From Mobula hypostoma (taxonomy: Eukaryota), in NCBI RefSeq assembly GCF_963921235.1, contig NC_086097.1:200386001-200450000 (forward strand): a stretch of DNA of 64,000 nt, read 5' to 3'. The notes beneath the pieces are model-generated. The model was not told the DNA's origin and searched no databases. It saw nothing but the letters and a program-made list of their open reading frames with translations. This document shows, piece by piece, positions 1-12,839 of the stretch. The position numbers and the translations under genes were made by a program. The stretch's first letter is position 1. Each line of letters begins with the position of its first letter.

Positions 1-84
1 AGCCAAGATGTACGGTTGAGATTGCAAAGGGAGCTGGAGAAGGCTATAATAATGGTAATGACACAATGGTAATAGGGACTTCAA

Positions 85-900
85 TGGGTTGAGAAATGGC
101 AGATGGAGTTCAACCCAGATAAGTGTGAGGTGGTTCATTTTGGTAGGTCAAATATGATGGCAGAATATAGTATTAATGGTAAGACGCCTGGCAGTGTGGA
201 AGGTCAGAGGGATCTTGGGGTCCGAGTCCATATGACACTCAAAGCAGCTGCGCAGGTTGTCTCTGTGGATAAGAAACCATATAGTGTATTGGCCTTCGTC
301 AATCGTAGACTTGAATTTAGGAGCCAAGAGGTACTGTTGCAGCTATATAGAACCCTGGTCAGACCCCACTTGGAGTACTGTGCTCAGTTCTGGTTGCCTC
401 ACTACAGGAAGTATGTGGAAACAAGAGAAGGGTGCAAAGCAGATTTACAAGGATGTTGCCTGGATTAGGGAGCATGCCTTATGAGAATAGGTTGAGTTAA
501 CTCGGCCTTTTCTCTTTGGAGTGATGGAGGATGAGAGGTGACCTGATAGAGGTGTATAAGATATTAAGAAGCATTGATTGTGTAGATAGTCAGAGGCTTT
601 TTCCCAGGGCTGAAATGGCTAACATGAGAGGGCACAGTTTTAAGGTGCTTGGATGTAGGATAAGGTTTTTTTTTGTTGTCTTTTTTTTTACACAGAGAGT
701 GGTGAATGCGTGGAATGGACTGCTGGCACCGGTGGTGGGGATGGATACAATAAGGCCTTTTAAGAGACTCTTGGATATACAGCTTAGAAAAAGAGAGGGC
801 TATGGGTAACCCTAGGTAATTTCTAAAGTAAGAACATATTCGGCACAGTATTGTGGACCGAAAGGCCCGTATTGTGCTGTAGGCTTTCTATGTTTCTATG
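85..900 (+). mobile_element. CR1 LINE 3' fragment
   Basis: CR1 RT C-terminal motifs (FNPDKCEVVHFG, LYRTLVRPHLEYC, RGDLIEVYK) and 3' tail tttctatgtttctatg. Confidence 0.9.
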
Positions 901-904
901 CATG

Positions 905-1470
905 CGATCTGTGGTGAATTTGCATTTGAATTCAAAACTGGCTTGCCCATAGAAGACAGAGAATAGTGGTCAAGCTGGGGGTTTGTGATTAGTGGTATTC
1001 CACAGGCATCAGTAGACCATAAGACATAGGAACGTAGGCCATTTGGCCTATCGAGTCTGCTTCACCATTCAATCATGACTGATCCTTTTTTCCCTTCCTC
1101 AGCCCCACCTCAGAGGTCTCAGTACTGGGACTTCTGGTGTTTGTGATGTATATAAATTACCTGTATGAAAATGTAGATTTATAGTTTAGTAAATTTACAG
1201 ATGATACGAAGATTGGCGGTGTTGCATATAGTGTAGAAGACTTGCAAAGGATACAGTGGGATATAGATCAGTTGCAAATCTGGATGGAGAAATGGCAGAT
1301 GGAGTTTAAAGTGGCCAAACGTGAGGTGTTGCACCTTGATAGGTGCAAAGGAATCTTGGGGTCGAAGTTGATACTTCCCAGAAAGTGCTACACAGATTGC
1401 TAGGGTGGTTAAGAAATCACATGGCAATCTTGCTTGTATTAGACCAGGCACTGAGTTCAAAAGTCAAGAA
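905..1470 (+). mobile_element. Degenerate CR1 RT fragment
   Basis: KFTDDTKIGG...IDQLQIWMEKWQMEF-like remnants; a short minus-strand CR1 tail is inserted at about 1015-1110. Confidence 0.7.
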
Positions 1471-1829
1471 GGCACATTTTATTGTTATTGTTATTCTATT
1501 TTATTTAACGATAACCCCTTCGAGTCGCGCCGCCAACAGCCCACTGAGTTAACCCTAGCCTAATCACAGAACATTTTACAATGACCAATTAACCTACTAA
1601 CCTGTATACCTTTGCACTGTGGGAGATAAAAGGTGTTCAGAGATGATAGGGGAGAAAAGAAACACCTGATGGTGTGGCCATACTAAATAAGGAAGATATT
1701 TCTCCTGCAGGATCCATTTGGCGCTGAAGACAACCAAATGCATCCTGCAGGAGACATTACAGTGCTGCCACAAAACAACAGGTTTTATGACATGTGGTAT
1801 TAAACATGATTTGGATTCTGAAAGAATAT

Positions 1830-2480
1830 CTTTATAAGAGTTCAAACAAGAACCTTGCACTCAACATCAGTGAGACCAAGGAATTAAGTTGTGGACTTCA
1901 GTCAAAAGGAACTCACACCAGACCTCATTGAGGGATCAACAATGGAAAGGGTGACCAGTTTCAAGTTCCTTAGTGTCAACATCTATCCTGGGCCCAATAT
2001 TATGATGCAGTTACAAAGAAGGCATGTCAGCAGCTTTACTTGATTAAGAACTGGTCGCATTACTATGTGTTATGCGGGCGGCGGGGGGGGGCACTGCACA
2101 GGACCGGAAAAGCAGTAGAAAGCTACAAGCTCAGCCAGCTCCATCATGGACACTCGTCTTCCCAACTCTGAGGGCATCTTCAAAAGGCCATGCCTCAAAA
2201 AGCTGGCATCTGTCATTCAGGACACCTATCACCCAGGACATACCCTTTTCTCATTGCTGCCATCAAGGTGGTAGTACAGGAGCCTGAAGCTACACACTCA
2301 ACGTTTTAGGAACAGCTTCTTTCCCTCTGCCATCAGATATCTGAATGGACAATGAAACCATGAACACTACCTCACTATTTTTTCGTTTTTAAAAATCTTT
2401 CTCTTTTTGCACTATTTATTGTTTTATATACATGTCTTATTGTAATTTGTATTATTTTTTATTATGATGTATTGCACAAC
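1830..2480 (+). mobile_element. Degenerate Rex1/Babar LINE 3' fragment
   Basis: ERVTSFKFLSV and LLPSRW/RFRNSFFPSAIR-like remnants, similar to the Rex1 copy at 8540-10612. Confidence 0.65.
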
Positions 2481-2742
2481 ACAGACCAGTAATTCTGGGA
2501 GGATGTCTTTAAGAGATCAACTGCAGGACACACTTGGTTAAGTTTGAAAAGTAAGAAGAAAGTTATTTCACTGTTGGGGTATTTAATAGACTGCTCCCCC
2601 ATCACAAAGAAAAAGAATCTGCAGGGAAATTACCGAAATGAACATGAGTTATAATGTGATAAAAAAGAGTGGTTTCAGCCCCAGAAAAGAAAGATGATTT
2701 TCACAAAACTAGCACTGAAATGGTCCTAACAAATCTATTCCA

Positions 2743-3207
2743 GAACACAAGAAATTCTGTAGATGCTGGAAAGCTTAAGCAACATGCTGGAGGCAGCATC
2801 TATAGAGAGGAATAAACAGTTAACATTTTCCACCAAGACCCTTCATCAGGATTCAAAAAGAAAGGGGGGGGGAGAAGCCAGAAGGTGGTGGTGAGGGGAG
2901 GGGGAGGAGCACAAACTGGCAGGTGATAGGTGTTACCAGGTAGTGGGAAGGTGGATGGGTGGGGGAGGGGGATTGAATTGAGAATCCAGGCGGTGATAGG
3001 TAGAAGAGATAAAGGCTGAAGAAGAGGGTATCTAATAGGAGAGGACAGCGGACTGTGTAAGAAAGGGAAGGAGGAGGGACGCCAAAGGGAGGTGATGGAC
3101 AGGTGAGGAGAACAGAAAAGGTGAGAGGAGAACCAGAATGGGAAATAGAAAAAAGAGAGAAGAGGGAGAGGGAAAAAGTACTGGAAAGGTAGAGAAATCA
3201 ATGTTTG
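2743..3207 (-). mobile_element. Penelope-like element terminal fragment
   Basis: Homologous to 5080-5500 and 18270-18683: purine-rich tract plus a degenerate hammerhead motif at 2817-2853. Confidence 0.7.
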
Positions 3208-3253
3208 TACCAAAATCTATCCCAGTCATCTTTCCTCTTTTAAATCTATCAGT

Positions 3254-6200
3254 CATCATCATCATCATCATCATCATCAGGTGCCATGCCCAGTTTGAGG
3301 TTTGACTGCCATGGCCCACACATTCCTGTTTCGGGTCAAGTGGATCAATTCATTGGCATTCATTTCCAGTTCTCTGGCTGCTGTCTCCATCATCATTTGT
3401 CTTTGTCTTCCTCTTGCTTTCTTCCCTTCAATCTTTCCCATAATTACCATGCATTCTAACTCCTTTTTCCTAATCACATGTCCAATGAAGTTATGTTGCC
3501 TTTTCATGATCTCATACATTATTTCTCTTTTTGTGTTTGCTCTGTTCATGACATCCTCATTAGATATTCGTTTCATCCATGATATTCTTTGCATCCTCCT
3601 CAAAAACAACATCTCTGCTGCTACAATTCGTTTCCTCATGTTACTAGATATTGTCCAACATTCTGAGCCATATAACATAACAGAATAAACGTAACATTTC
3701 AGTACTCTGAGGCAGGTTGTCATGCCTAGTTTAGTATTGGTCAGTATACTCTTTATTCTCGTAGTGGTGTCTTTTGCCATCCCTATTCTTCTTTTGATGT
3801 CCATGTCGCACCTGCCATCTGATCTCACCCAGCTTCCTAAGTAGCAAAAGTTCTGTACTTGTTTTATGTTTTCCCCATTTATTCTCAGCCTGCAGATAGG
3901 ATTCTCCTTTTTGGATATCACCATATATTCTGTCTTTTTGCATTTGATAGATAGACCCATTTTTGCACTTTCTTCAACAACTATATCAATTAAGTTTTGT
4001 AGTTCTTCCTCCGTACTGGCCATTAATACAGTGTCATCTGCATATCTGAAATTATTGATGTTTTCACCGCCAACTTTGATTCCCAAGATGTCTCTTATTT
4101 TTTTGTGATATTGTTTCACTGTACGCATTAAATAAATCAAGGAAGAAAATACACCCTTGTCTAATGCCTCTCTTGATTTTCATAAACTGACTCACTTCTC
4201 CATCTATTCTTACAGCGGTAGTTTGTTCCCAGTACAGATTTCTGATTAGGCGGAGGTCTTTCGAATCTAGATCTAGAGTTTTCTGTAATACTTCAAATAA
4301 CTTATTGTGCTTCACTTTATCAAATGCTTTTGTGCAGTTGATAAAACAAAAAAATCTTTTTGCACTTGAATAGCTCATTCTGATAGTATCCTTAACATCA
4401 ATATCACGTTTCTTGTACCTTTGTCTTTCACAAAACCACATTGTTTTTTACCTATTTCAGCTTGTATCTTACTTTCAGCTCTTGTCATCAAAATTCGTAG
4501 AAGTATCTTGGTGATATGACTCCTTAAACTTATGGTCCTATGTAATTCACATTCTATTGCTCCAGGTTTCTTAGGAAGAGTGATAACTACTGATTTTTTC
4601 ATCTCTTCTGGTATTATTCCAGTCTCATAAATGCCATTGATTAAATCAGTAAGTTTTTCAATTCCATAATCTTCAACAGCGATAATTTGTTCTATTACTA
4701 ATTCATCAGGACCTGCTGCCTTTCCTTTCTTCATCTTATTTATTGCATTACGAACTTCAGATTTTAAAAAGCTTGGACCTTCAATGTTTTTCTTCTGGTT
4801 TTTCACCTCGATCGTCTTCAAACAATTCCTGAATATATTCAGTCCATCTGTTCATAATCTCATCTTTTTCCATGATAATGGTACCGTCTTTTGCTTTCAA
4901 ACATCCACCTGAAGAACAGAGGAGCTTTTTACCAGTGATATTCTTGATTTGTTGATGGAACCTTTTTGGATCAGTAATAGGGATTCTTTCTATTTGCTCA
5001 CATTCCTGGTTTAACCATTCTTCTTTGGCTTTTTGACATAAGCTTTTAACTTTTTTATCTAAGGACTTCTATTCTATAGGAAACACAAAATACTCTGCAG
5101 ATGCTGGGGTCAAGGGAACACTCACAACACGCTGGAGGAACTCAGCAGGTTGGGCAGCATCCATGGAAACGATCAGTCAACGTTTTGGGCAGGAACCCTT
5201 CGTCAGGACTGAAGAGTGAAGGGACAGAGTCCCTATAAAGAAGGTGGGGGGAGGGTGGGAAGGAGAAGGCTGGTAGGTTCCAGGTGAAAAACCAGTAAAG
5301 GGTAAGATAAAGGGGTGGGGGAGGGGAAGCAGGGAGGGGATAGGCAGGAAAGGTGAAGAAGGAATAGGGGAAAGCACAATGGGAAGTAGAAGGAGGCGGA
5401 ACCATGAGGGAGGTAGTAGGCAGCTGGGGGAGGGGGCAGAGTGAAACTGGGATAGGGGAAGGGAGGGGGAGGGAATTACTGGAAGTTGGAAAATTCGATG
5501 TTCATAACAAGGGGCTGGAGACTACCTAGACGGTATATGAGGTGTTGCTCCTCCAACCTGAGTTTAGCCTCATCATGGCAGTAGAGGAGGCCATGTATGG
5601 ACATATCTGAACGGGAATATGAAGCAGAGTTGAAGTGGGTGGCAACCGGGAGATCCTGTCTGTTGTGGCGGATGGAGTGGAGGTGCTCGACGAAGTGGTC
5701 CCCCAATCTGCGTCGGGTCTCATCGACGTAGAGGAGGCCACACCGGGAACACCAGGTGCAATAGATGACCCCAATAGACTCACAAGTGAAGTGTTGCCTC
5801 ACCTGGAAGGACTGTTTGGAGCCCCGAATGGTGGAAAGAGAGGAGGTGTAGGGACAGGTGTAGCACTTACACATACAGGAACAAATGTTGGGTGGCAGAT
5901 CTGTGGGGAGGGACGTGTGGATCAGGGAGTCACAGAGGGAACGATCCCTGTGGAAAGTGGAGAGGCATGGAGAGGGAAAGATGTGCTTAGTGGTTTGGTC
6001 CTGCTGAAGGTGGCGGAAGTTGCGGAGGATAATGTGCTGGATCCGGAGGCCGGTGGGGTGGTAGGTGAGGGCAAGGGGAACTCTGTCCCTGTTGTGGTGA
6101 CAGGAAGATGGGGTGAGGGCTGAAGTGCGGGAAATGAAAGAGATGTGGGTGAGGGCATCATTGACAATGGCAAAAGGGAAATCACGATCCTTAAAGAAAG

Positions 6201-7188
6201 AGGACATTTGAGATGTCCTGGAATGGAAAGCCTCATCCTGGGAGCAGATGCTGCCGAGACGGAGGAACTGGGAATAGGGAATTGCATTTTTGCATGTGGC
6301 AAGGTGGGAAGAGGTATAGTCGAGATAGTTATGAGAGTGAGTGGGCTTGTAGGAGATGTCAGTGGACAGTCTGTCTCCAGAGATGGAGACCGAGAGATCG
6401 AGAAAGAGGACAGAAGTGTCCGAGATAGGGGATGTGAATTTGAGGGCTGGGTGGAAGGTTGAAATAAAGTCGATGAAATTGACGAGCTCAGCATGGGTGC
6501 AGGAAGCAGCACCAATGTAGTCGTCAATGTAGCGAAGGAAAAGTTGGGGAGCAGTACCAGTATAGGTTTGGAGCATAGACTGTTCCACATAACCAACAAA
6601 GAGGCAGGCATAGCTGGGGCCCATGCAAGTGCCCATAGTACACCCTTGGTCTGAAGAAAGTGGGAAGAGCCAAAAGAGAAGTTATTAAGTGTGAGTATCA
6701 GTTCCGCCAACCGGAGGAGGGTAGTGGTGGTGGGGAACTGATGAGGTCTATTGTTCAGAAAGTAGCGGAGGGCTTTAAGGCCTTCTTGATGGGGGATGGA
6801 GGTGTATAAGGATTGGACACCCATAGGGAAAATGAAGCGGTCGGGACCGGGAAACTGGAAGTTATAATGGTTATAACGCCAAAGTTATAACGCCAAATAG
6901 ATTCTAGGAAACCTAGTATCTAGCAACGGTGGTTTGCTATTGCCTACCGTTGGGCGAACTAAAGAAATCGCCATTTCCCTTCCCAAATGTTCATCTGCCT
7001 GTACTATAGCCGTTGACATTTGTGGTCCTTGCCCATCTGCCTTCTCCGTCATAAGTTCAGTTACTGAACCTGCCGGATCTGCCGTGGAGCAATGAATGAC
7101 TAAGGGGTAACTCCACTTTCCCCAAAGCTCTGAAAGTCCCCAATCAGAGCCTCATCACCGGTTGCAGTTGAATCATACCCAGGACGCA
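3254..7188 (-). mobile_element. RTE-clade LINE with both ends present but the endonuclease region absent; interrupted by a Penelope element
   Basis: RT motifs (KGKAAGPDE, RGIRQGC, NFRYADDTVLMA, YLGS), (GAT)n tail at 3254-3278, structured 5' UTR at 6900-7187, and TSD aaatctat(c/t)agt at 3242-3253 and 7189-7200. Confidence 0.85.
5081..6865 (-). mobile_element. Penelope-like retroelement (Neptune-type), RT + GIY-YIG endonuclease, 5' truncated and frameshifted
   Basis: ORFs 5922-6824 and 5476-6636: VQSLYTSIP, MGTCMGPSYA, FLRYIDD, CKCYTC linker, GVIYC-x2-CSRCGLLYVDET...VEH...HFN. Confidence 0.9.
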
Positions 7189-8539
7189 AAATCTATTAGT
7201 ACAATCCTTTATTCATTTCTCCCTCATATGCTTGTTCAAATTGCTCTTAAATACATATTTCTCGTTCACCAAAACCACTCCCTGTGGTAGCAAGTGTCAC
7301 TCTCTTGCCACTCTTTGTGTAAAGAAGTTTGTTCTCTCAATTGGATTTCTTGTTGACTTTCCTATATTTTGTGCCTTTGCCACAAGTGCAAACATTATTT
7401 CTGTACCCATTCTATCAAAACCATTTATGATTTTAATGACCAGCACGAACCTTACTCAACAATTTACAACTGCATCAGCAATGACACCATCCTGCCTATG
7501 ACTGCAAATCTCTTGACAGATTTTGTCAATTGACATTTCTGACCATGGATTGCTCTTGAAAGATGTGCTGTTGTACTGTTTTTAATCATGGACGGAATGA
7601 AATTGATGTTTACACATTTGTAGAGTTTTATATCAGTAGGATATACATTTTTATATTGCAGTCTTCCAAGCTACATAAAGTGGATTACCTTTCACAAAGT
7701 TTTTTTAAAAAATTCTATTGCATATATTTTGTTTAATTGTACTTTTTTTGGTAATTAAATACAGCAATAAATCCTATGTATTTAGCAAAAGGTGCAGATA
7801 GTAAAAAAAGTATTGTGCCAAATGAGAAGATTTTGAGAGCAGTATCGCAATTTGTTACATCATTACCTTCTCTACCTTCTTGATCTCAATAGATTATTGT
7901 CCACCATTCGGTTTCTGTATGCATCCTCTTTTCCTGCAGCAATTTATGCTTGAAAGTGCGATGCAGTGTAGTGTGCTTGCCCAAATGCTTGTTATCAGTA
8001 ACATGATGATGAAATGGGCAAGGTTGGTGAACACTGTAATAGAAGATGTGTAGTCTGCCAAAAGCACAAGAAATTTGATATGCAGAGTTCACGGTGGAAG
8101 CTGGAATGGGATGTCCAAGGCCCACCGAACTATCTGAAGTTTGAAACACCATACTGTAAGAAGTTTAAATCTATATTCTTCCATGTACCACTTCCTTGTT
8201 TCCTGGCAACAGATACTTATATTGCAGACATCCATCGAACGTGTGGCAGTTCTTCTGGAACCTGCAACAGACCCTCACCCAAATGTGGCCAAGAACAAGT
8301 TGGTGCTTCCACCTATAGTGAAGCATAGGCTGAAGCCTCCATGGCTGAAAGGAAGAAAATATACAGCATCTGTATATTGTCTTCCAGACCGTGAAGAAGG
8401 TAATTTGTCCGTTCTCTCCTAGGTGTTTGTGATCTAATGGTAATCATTAAACCAACCATCCCAATTAACAAAGGACGATATTCCTGGATTCCGTATAAGG
8501 CTGTTTGCTGGGATCAATTAGTCTTACTTGGAAAATCAA

Positions 8540-10612
8540 ATACTTTATACTTTATTGTCGCCAAACAATTGATACTAGAGCGTACAATCAAAAGTGATAT
8601 TTGTTTCTGCACTTCGCGCTCCCTGGAGTACAAATCGATAGTAAATATTAAAAATTTAAATTATAAATCAGAAATAGAAAATAGAAAATGGAAGGTAAGG
8701 TAATGCAAAAAACCAAGAGGCAGGTCCGGATATTTGGAGGGTACGCCACAGTTGGAAAGAAGCTGTTCCCAAATCTGGCCATACGAGTCTTCAAGCTCCT
8801 GAGCCTTCTCCCGGAGGAAAGAGGGACGAAAAGTGTGTTGGCTGGGTGGGTCGTGCCCTTGATTATCCTGGCAGCACTGCTCCGACAGCGTGCGGTGTAA
8901 AGTGAGTCCCAGGACGGAAGATTGGTTTGTGTGATGTGCTGGGCTTCTGCAGCTTCTTTCGGTCTTGGACAGGACAACTTCCATACCAGGTTGTGACGCA
9001 CCCTAGAAGAATGCTTTCTACGGTGCCTCTATAAAAATTAATGAGCGTTTTAGGGGACAGGCCAAATTTCTTTAGTTTTCTCAGGAAGTAAAAGCTCTGG
9101 TGGGCCTTCTTGGCAGTGAACTCCGCTTGGTTGGACCAAGTCAGGTCATTTGTGATATTGACCTTGAGGAACTTAAAGCTTTTGACCTGTTCCACTTGCA
9201 CACCACCAATGTAAATTGGGTCGTGCAGTCTGCTACTCCTTCTGAAGTCAACAACCAATTCCTTCATCTTGCTGACGTTGAGGGATAGGTTATTGTCTTT
9301 ACACCATGCCACCAGGTTCTTAATTTCCTCTCTGTACTCAAACTGATCATTACCCGAGATATGGCCTACGATTGTGGTGCCATCAGCAAGCTTACATATT
9401 GAGTTTGATGGAAACTTGGCTACACAATCATGGGTGTAGAGTGAGTACAGCAGGGGGCTGAGTACACAGCCTTGTGAGGCACCGGTGCTCAGAGTGATTG
9501 TAGAGGAGAGCTTGTCCCCTATTTTTACAGCCTGGGTCCTGTCTGTGAGGAAGCTGAAGATCCAGCTGCAGATCTGAGTGCTAAGGCCCAGGTTCCGGAG
9601 CTTAGGAATCAGTTTATTTGAAATGATGGAATTAAAGGCAGAGCTGTAGTCAATGAAAAGGAGCCTTACGTATGCGTCTTTATTCTCCACGTGTTCTAAG
9701 GAGGAATGTAGGGCCAGAGAGATGGCATCTGACGTTGACCTGTTGCTCCTGTAGGCGAATTGCAAAGCATCCAGGTTGACCGGTAGGCTGTGGTTGATGT
9801 GTGCCATAACCAATTGCTCGAAGCACTTCATAGCAATTGATGTCAGAGCCACAGGTCGATAGTCAATCAGGCATGCCACCTTGCTCTCCATCGGCACTGG
9901 GCTTATCGTTGCCTTCTTTAAACACGAGGGGATTTAGACTGAAGCAAGGAGCAGTTAAAGATGTCAGCAAACACCCAAGCTAGCTCTCTTGCACAGGCCC
10001 GGAGAACCCGTCCCGGGATGCCATCTGGGCCCGTCGCCTTCCTCGGATTTATCTCAGGGAGGCCCTTCTAATGTCCTCCTCGGTGACGATGAATCTGGAT
10101 GCCACCAGATCCGGTTCATTTGGAGGGAGAGGAACACTCCTCTTCTGTTCGAATCTTGCATAGAATACGTTAAGTTCATCAGGAAGAGAAGTGCCACAGT
10201 TATTTATGTTCCCAGCCTTTTCTTTGCATCTAGTGATCTCTTTAGACCCTGCCATAGTCTACTGGCATCCTTCTGGTTAGCCTGGGTTTCAAACATGGCT
10301 CAATATTGCCTCTTGGCACCCTTAATGGCTTTCCGGAGTTCACACCTGGATTCGGTGTAGCGACTGGTATCCCCGGACCTAAAAGCCACAGCTCTAGCCT
10401 TCAAAAGAGACTTGACCTCATAATTCATCCAATGTTTCCGGTTAGGGAATACCCAGATCGTCTTGCAAGACACATAGTCCTCTGTGCATTTCCAGATAAA
10501 GTCCGTGACAGCTGAGGCATACTCTTCGAAGTTAGCTGCCGAGTCCTTGAATACTAACCAGTCCACCGATTCAAAGCAGTCACGGAGGACCTCATCCATT
10601 TCCTCCATCCAA
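8540..10612 (-). mobile_element. Rex1/Babar LINE (RT region to 3' end)
   Basis: ORF 8863-9897: [53 protein letters not shown]. 3' tail AATAAAGTATAAAGTAT on the minus strand. Confidence 0.9.
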
Positions 10613-11848
10613 CAAACCTGACAAACCTATTACAACTTTTTGAGGAAATCCCAAGTAGGCTAGACAAGGGAGATGCAGTGGATGTTGTATATTTGGATTT
10701 TCAGAAGGCCTTTGACAAGGTGCTACACATGAGGCTACTTAAGATAAGAGCCCATGGAATTACAGGAAAGTTACATATGTGGATACAGCGTTGACTGATT
10801 GGCAGGAAACAGAGAGTGGGAATAAAGGGATCCTATTCTGGTTAGCTGCCGGTTACCAGTGGTGTGCCACAGGGGTCCGTGTTGGGGTCACTTCTTTTTA
10901 CATTGTACATCAACGATTTGGATTATGGAATAGATGGCTTTGTGGCTAAGTTTGCTGACGATACAAAGATAGGTGGAGGGGCCGGTAGTGCTGAGGAAAC
11001 AGAGAGTCTGCAGAGAGACTTGGATAGATTGGAAGAATGGGCAAAGAACAGGCAAATGAAATACAATGTTGGAAAATGTATGGTTATGCACTTTGGCAGA
11101 AGAAATAAAAGGGCAGACTATTATTTAAATAGAGAAAGAATTCAAAGTTCTGAGATGCAACGGGACTTGGGAGTCCTCGTACAGGATACCCTTAAGGTCA
11201 ACCTCCAGGTTGAGTCGGTGGTGAAGAAGGCGAATGCAATGTTGGCATTCATTTCTAGAGGAATAGAGTATAGGAGCAGGGATGTGATGTTGAGGCTCTA
11301 TAAGGCGCTGGTGAGAGCTCACTTGGAGTACTGTGGGCAGTTTTGGTCTCCTTATTAAAGAAAGGATGTGCTGACATTGGAGAGGGTACAGAGAAGATTC
11401 ACTAGAATGATTCCGGGAATGAGAGGGTTAACATATGAGGAACGTTTGTCCGCTCTTGGACTGTATTCCTTGGAGTTTAGAAGAATGAAGGGAGACCTCA
11501 TAGAAACATTTTGAATGTTGAAAAGCATGGACAGAGTGGATGTGGCAAAGTTGTTTCCCATGATGGGGGAGTTTAGTACGAGAGGGCATGACATGAGAAT
11601 TGAAGGGCGCCCATTCAGAACAGAAATGCAAAGAAATTTTTTTAGCCAGAGGGTGATAAATCTATCGTGGTTTTTGTCACAGGCGGCAGTGGAGGCCAAG
11701 TCATTGGGTGTATTTAAGGCAGAGATTGATAGGTATCTGAGTAGCCAGGGCATCAAAGGTTATGGTGAGATGGTGGGGGAGTGGGCCTTAATGGGAGAAT
11801 AGATCAGCTCATGATAAAATGGCAGAGCAGACTCGATGGGCCGAATGG
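10613..11848 (+). mobile_element. CR1 LINE RT fragment lacking its terminal tail
   Basis: LDFQKAFDKV, PQGSVLG, KFADDTKIGG, HLEYC. Ends at ...gggccgaatgg, fused directly to Rex1 sequence. Confidence 0.9.
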
Positions 11849-12054
11849 AGTGTGCTCTGAACATACTGTACGCCAACATCAGTGAACTTGAGACCAGGTA
11901 TCCGGAGGCTTTGCTCATTACATTCGGGGACTTTAACCGGGCCAACCTGAGAAAGGTGCTGCCAAAGTTATACCAACCTGTCTTCTGCCCCACTAGGGGC
12001 CTGAATATATTTGACCACTGCTACACAGCAGTCAAGGATGCTACCGTTCCGTCC
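11846..12054 (+). mobile_element. Rex1/Babar APE endonuclease fragment, inverted relative to 8540-10612
   Basis: GDFNRANL...CPTRGLNIFDHCY motifs of the Rex1-type endonuclease. Confidence 0.8.
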
Positions 12055-12184
12055 TCAGGAATGGTTCCAGAGGACTGGAAAATCATAAATATCTCTCCAT
12101 TTTTTAAGAAGGGAGGAAGACAAAAGACAGGAAATTAAAGGCTGGTTAGCTCAACTTCACTGGTTGGTAAGATTTAGGGCCAAT

Positions 12185-12830
12185 TAAGTTTAAGTTCAAG
12201 TTTATTAGCACTCAACCAGACACATATATACAGCTAAATGAAAAAATGTTCGTCTAGGACCATGGTGCAAGGCACAATACATATCACATATAGCACAGAA
12301 AATAATATTAACATAATAAAAATACTCTGTAGATGTACAAGTTGACATAAAGTACATATACGAGATACTGTAGAGTTAAATATACAATAGTATAATGCTA
12401 CTGGGACTGTCACAAATAATGTGCATTGGGTGGTAGCAGAATGTTTAAAAGTCTCACAGCCTGGGGAAGCAAATTTCATGACACATGCCGGTGGTAATAA
12501 ACCTGATTCTGATTCTGAAGAAGCTATTACCCAGCCTAACAGCCCTTGTTCTTATACCTCAGTACCTTTTGTCTAATGGCAGGGGATCAAAGAGATTGTG
12601 ATATGGATGGAAGGGATCCTTGACAATGCAGGGGAGGGCACTGCAAATACAGTTCTGGATGGGGGGGGCGGGGTTGTGATAGAGAGGCCCAAGTGATTCC
12701 CTCAGCAGTCGTCACAATCCATTGCAGTGTCTTACGGTTTGATGCCTTGCAATTCCCATACTAGATAAGGATGCAGCTGGTCAGGATGAGGATGAGGTTT
12801 GGGGATATTTGGAAGGCTGATATCAGCATG
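12185..12830 (-). mobile_element. Degenerate Rex1-like 3' fragments
   Basis: Tail aagttcaagtttatt and similarity to 62475-63085. Confidence 0.5.
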
Positions 12831-12839
12831 GTTTCTTTA

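Noticed and set aside
3032..3319. ORF with poly-Met
   Set aside because: Translation of the (GAT)n RTE tail running into a Penelope low-complexity tract.
7995..8075. C/D-box snoRNA (ATGATGA)
   Set aside because: No properly placed D box or terminal stem.
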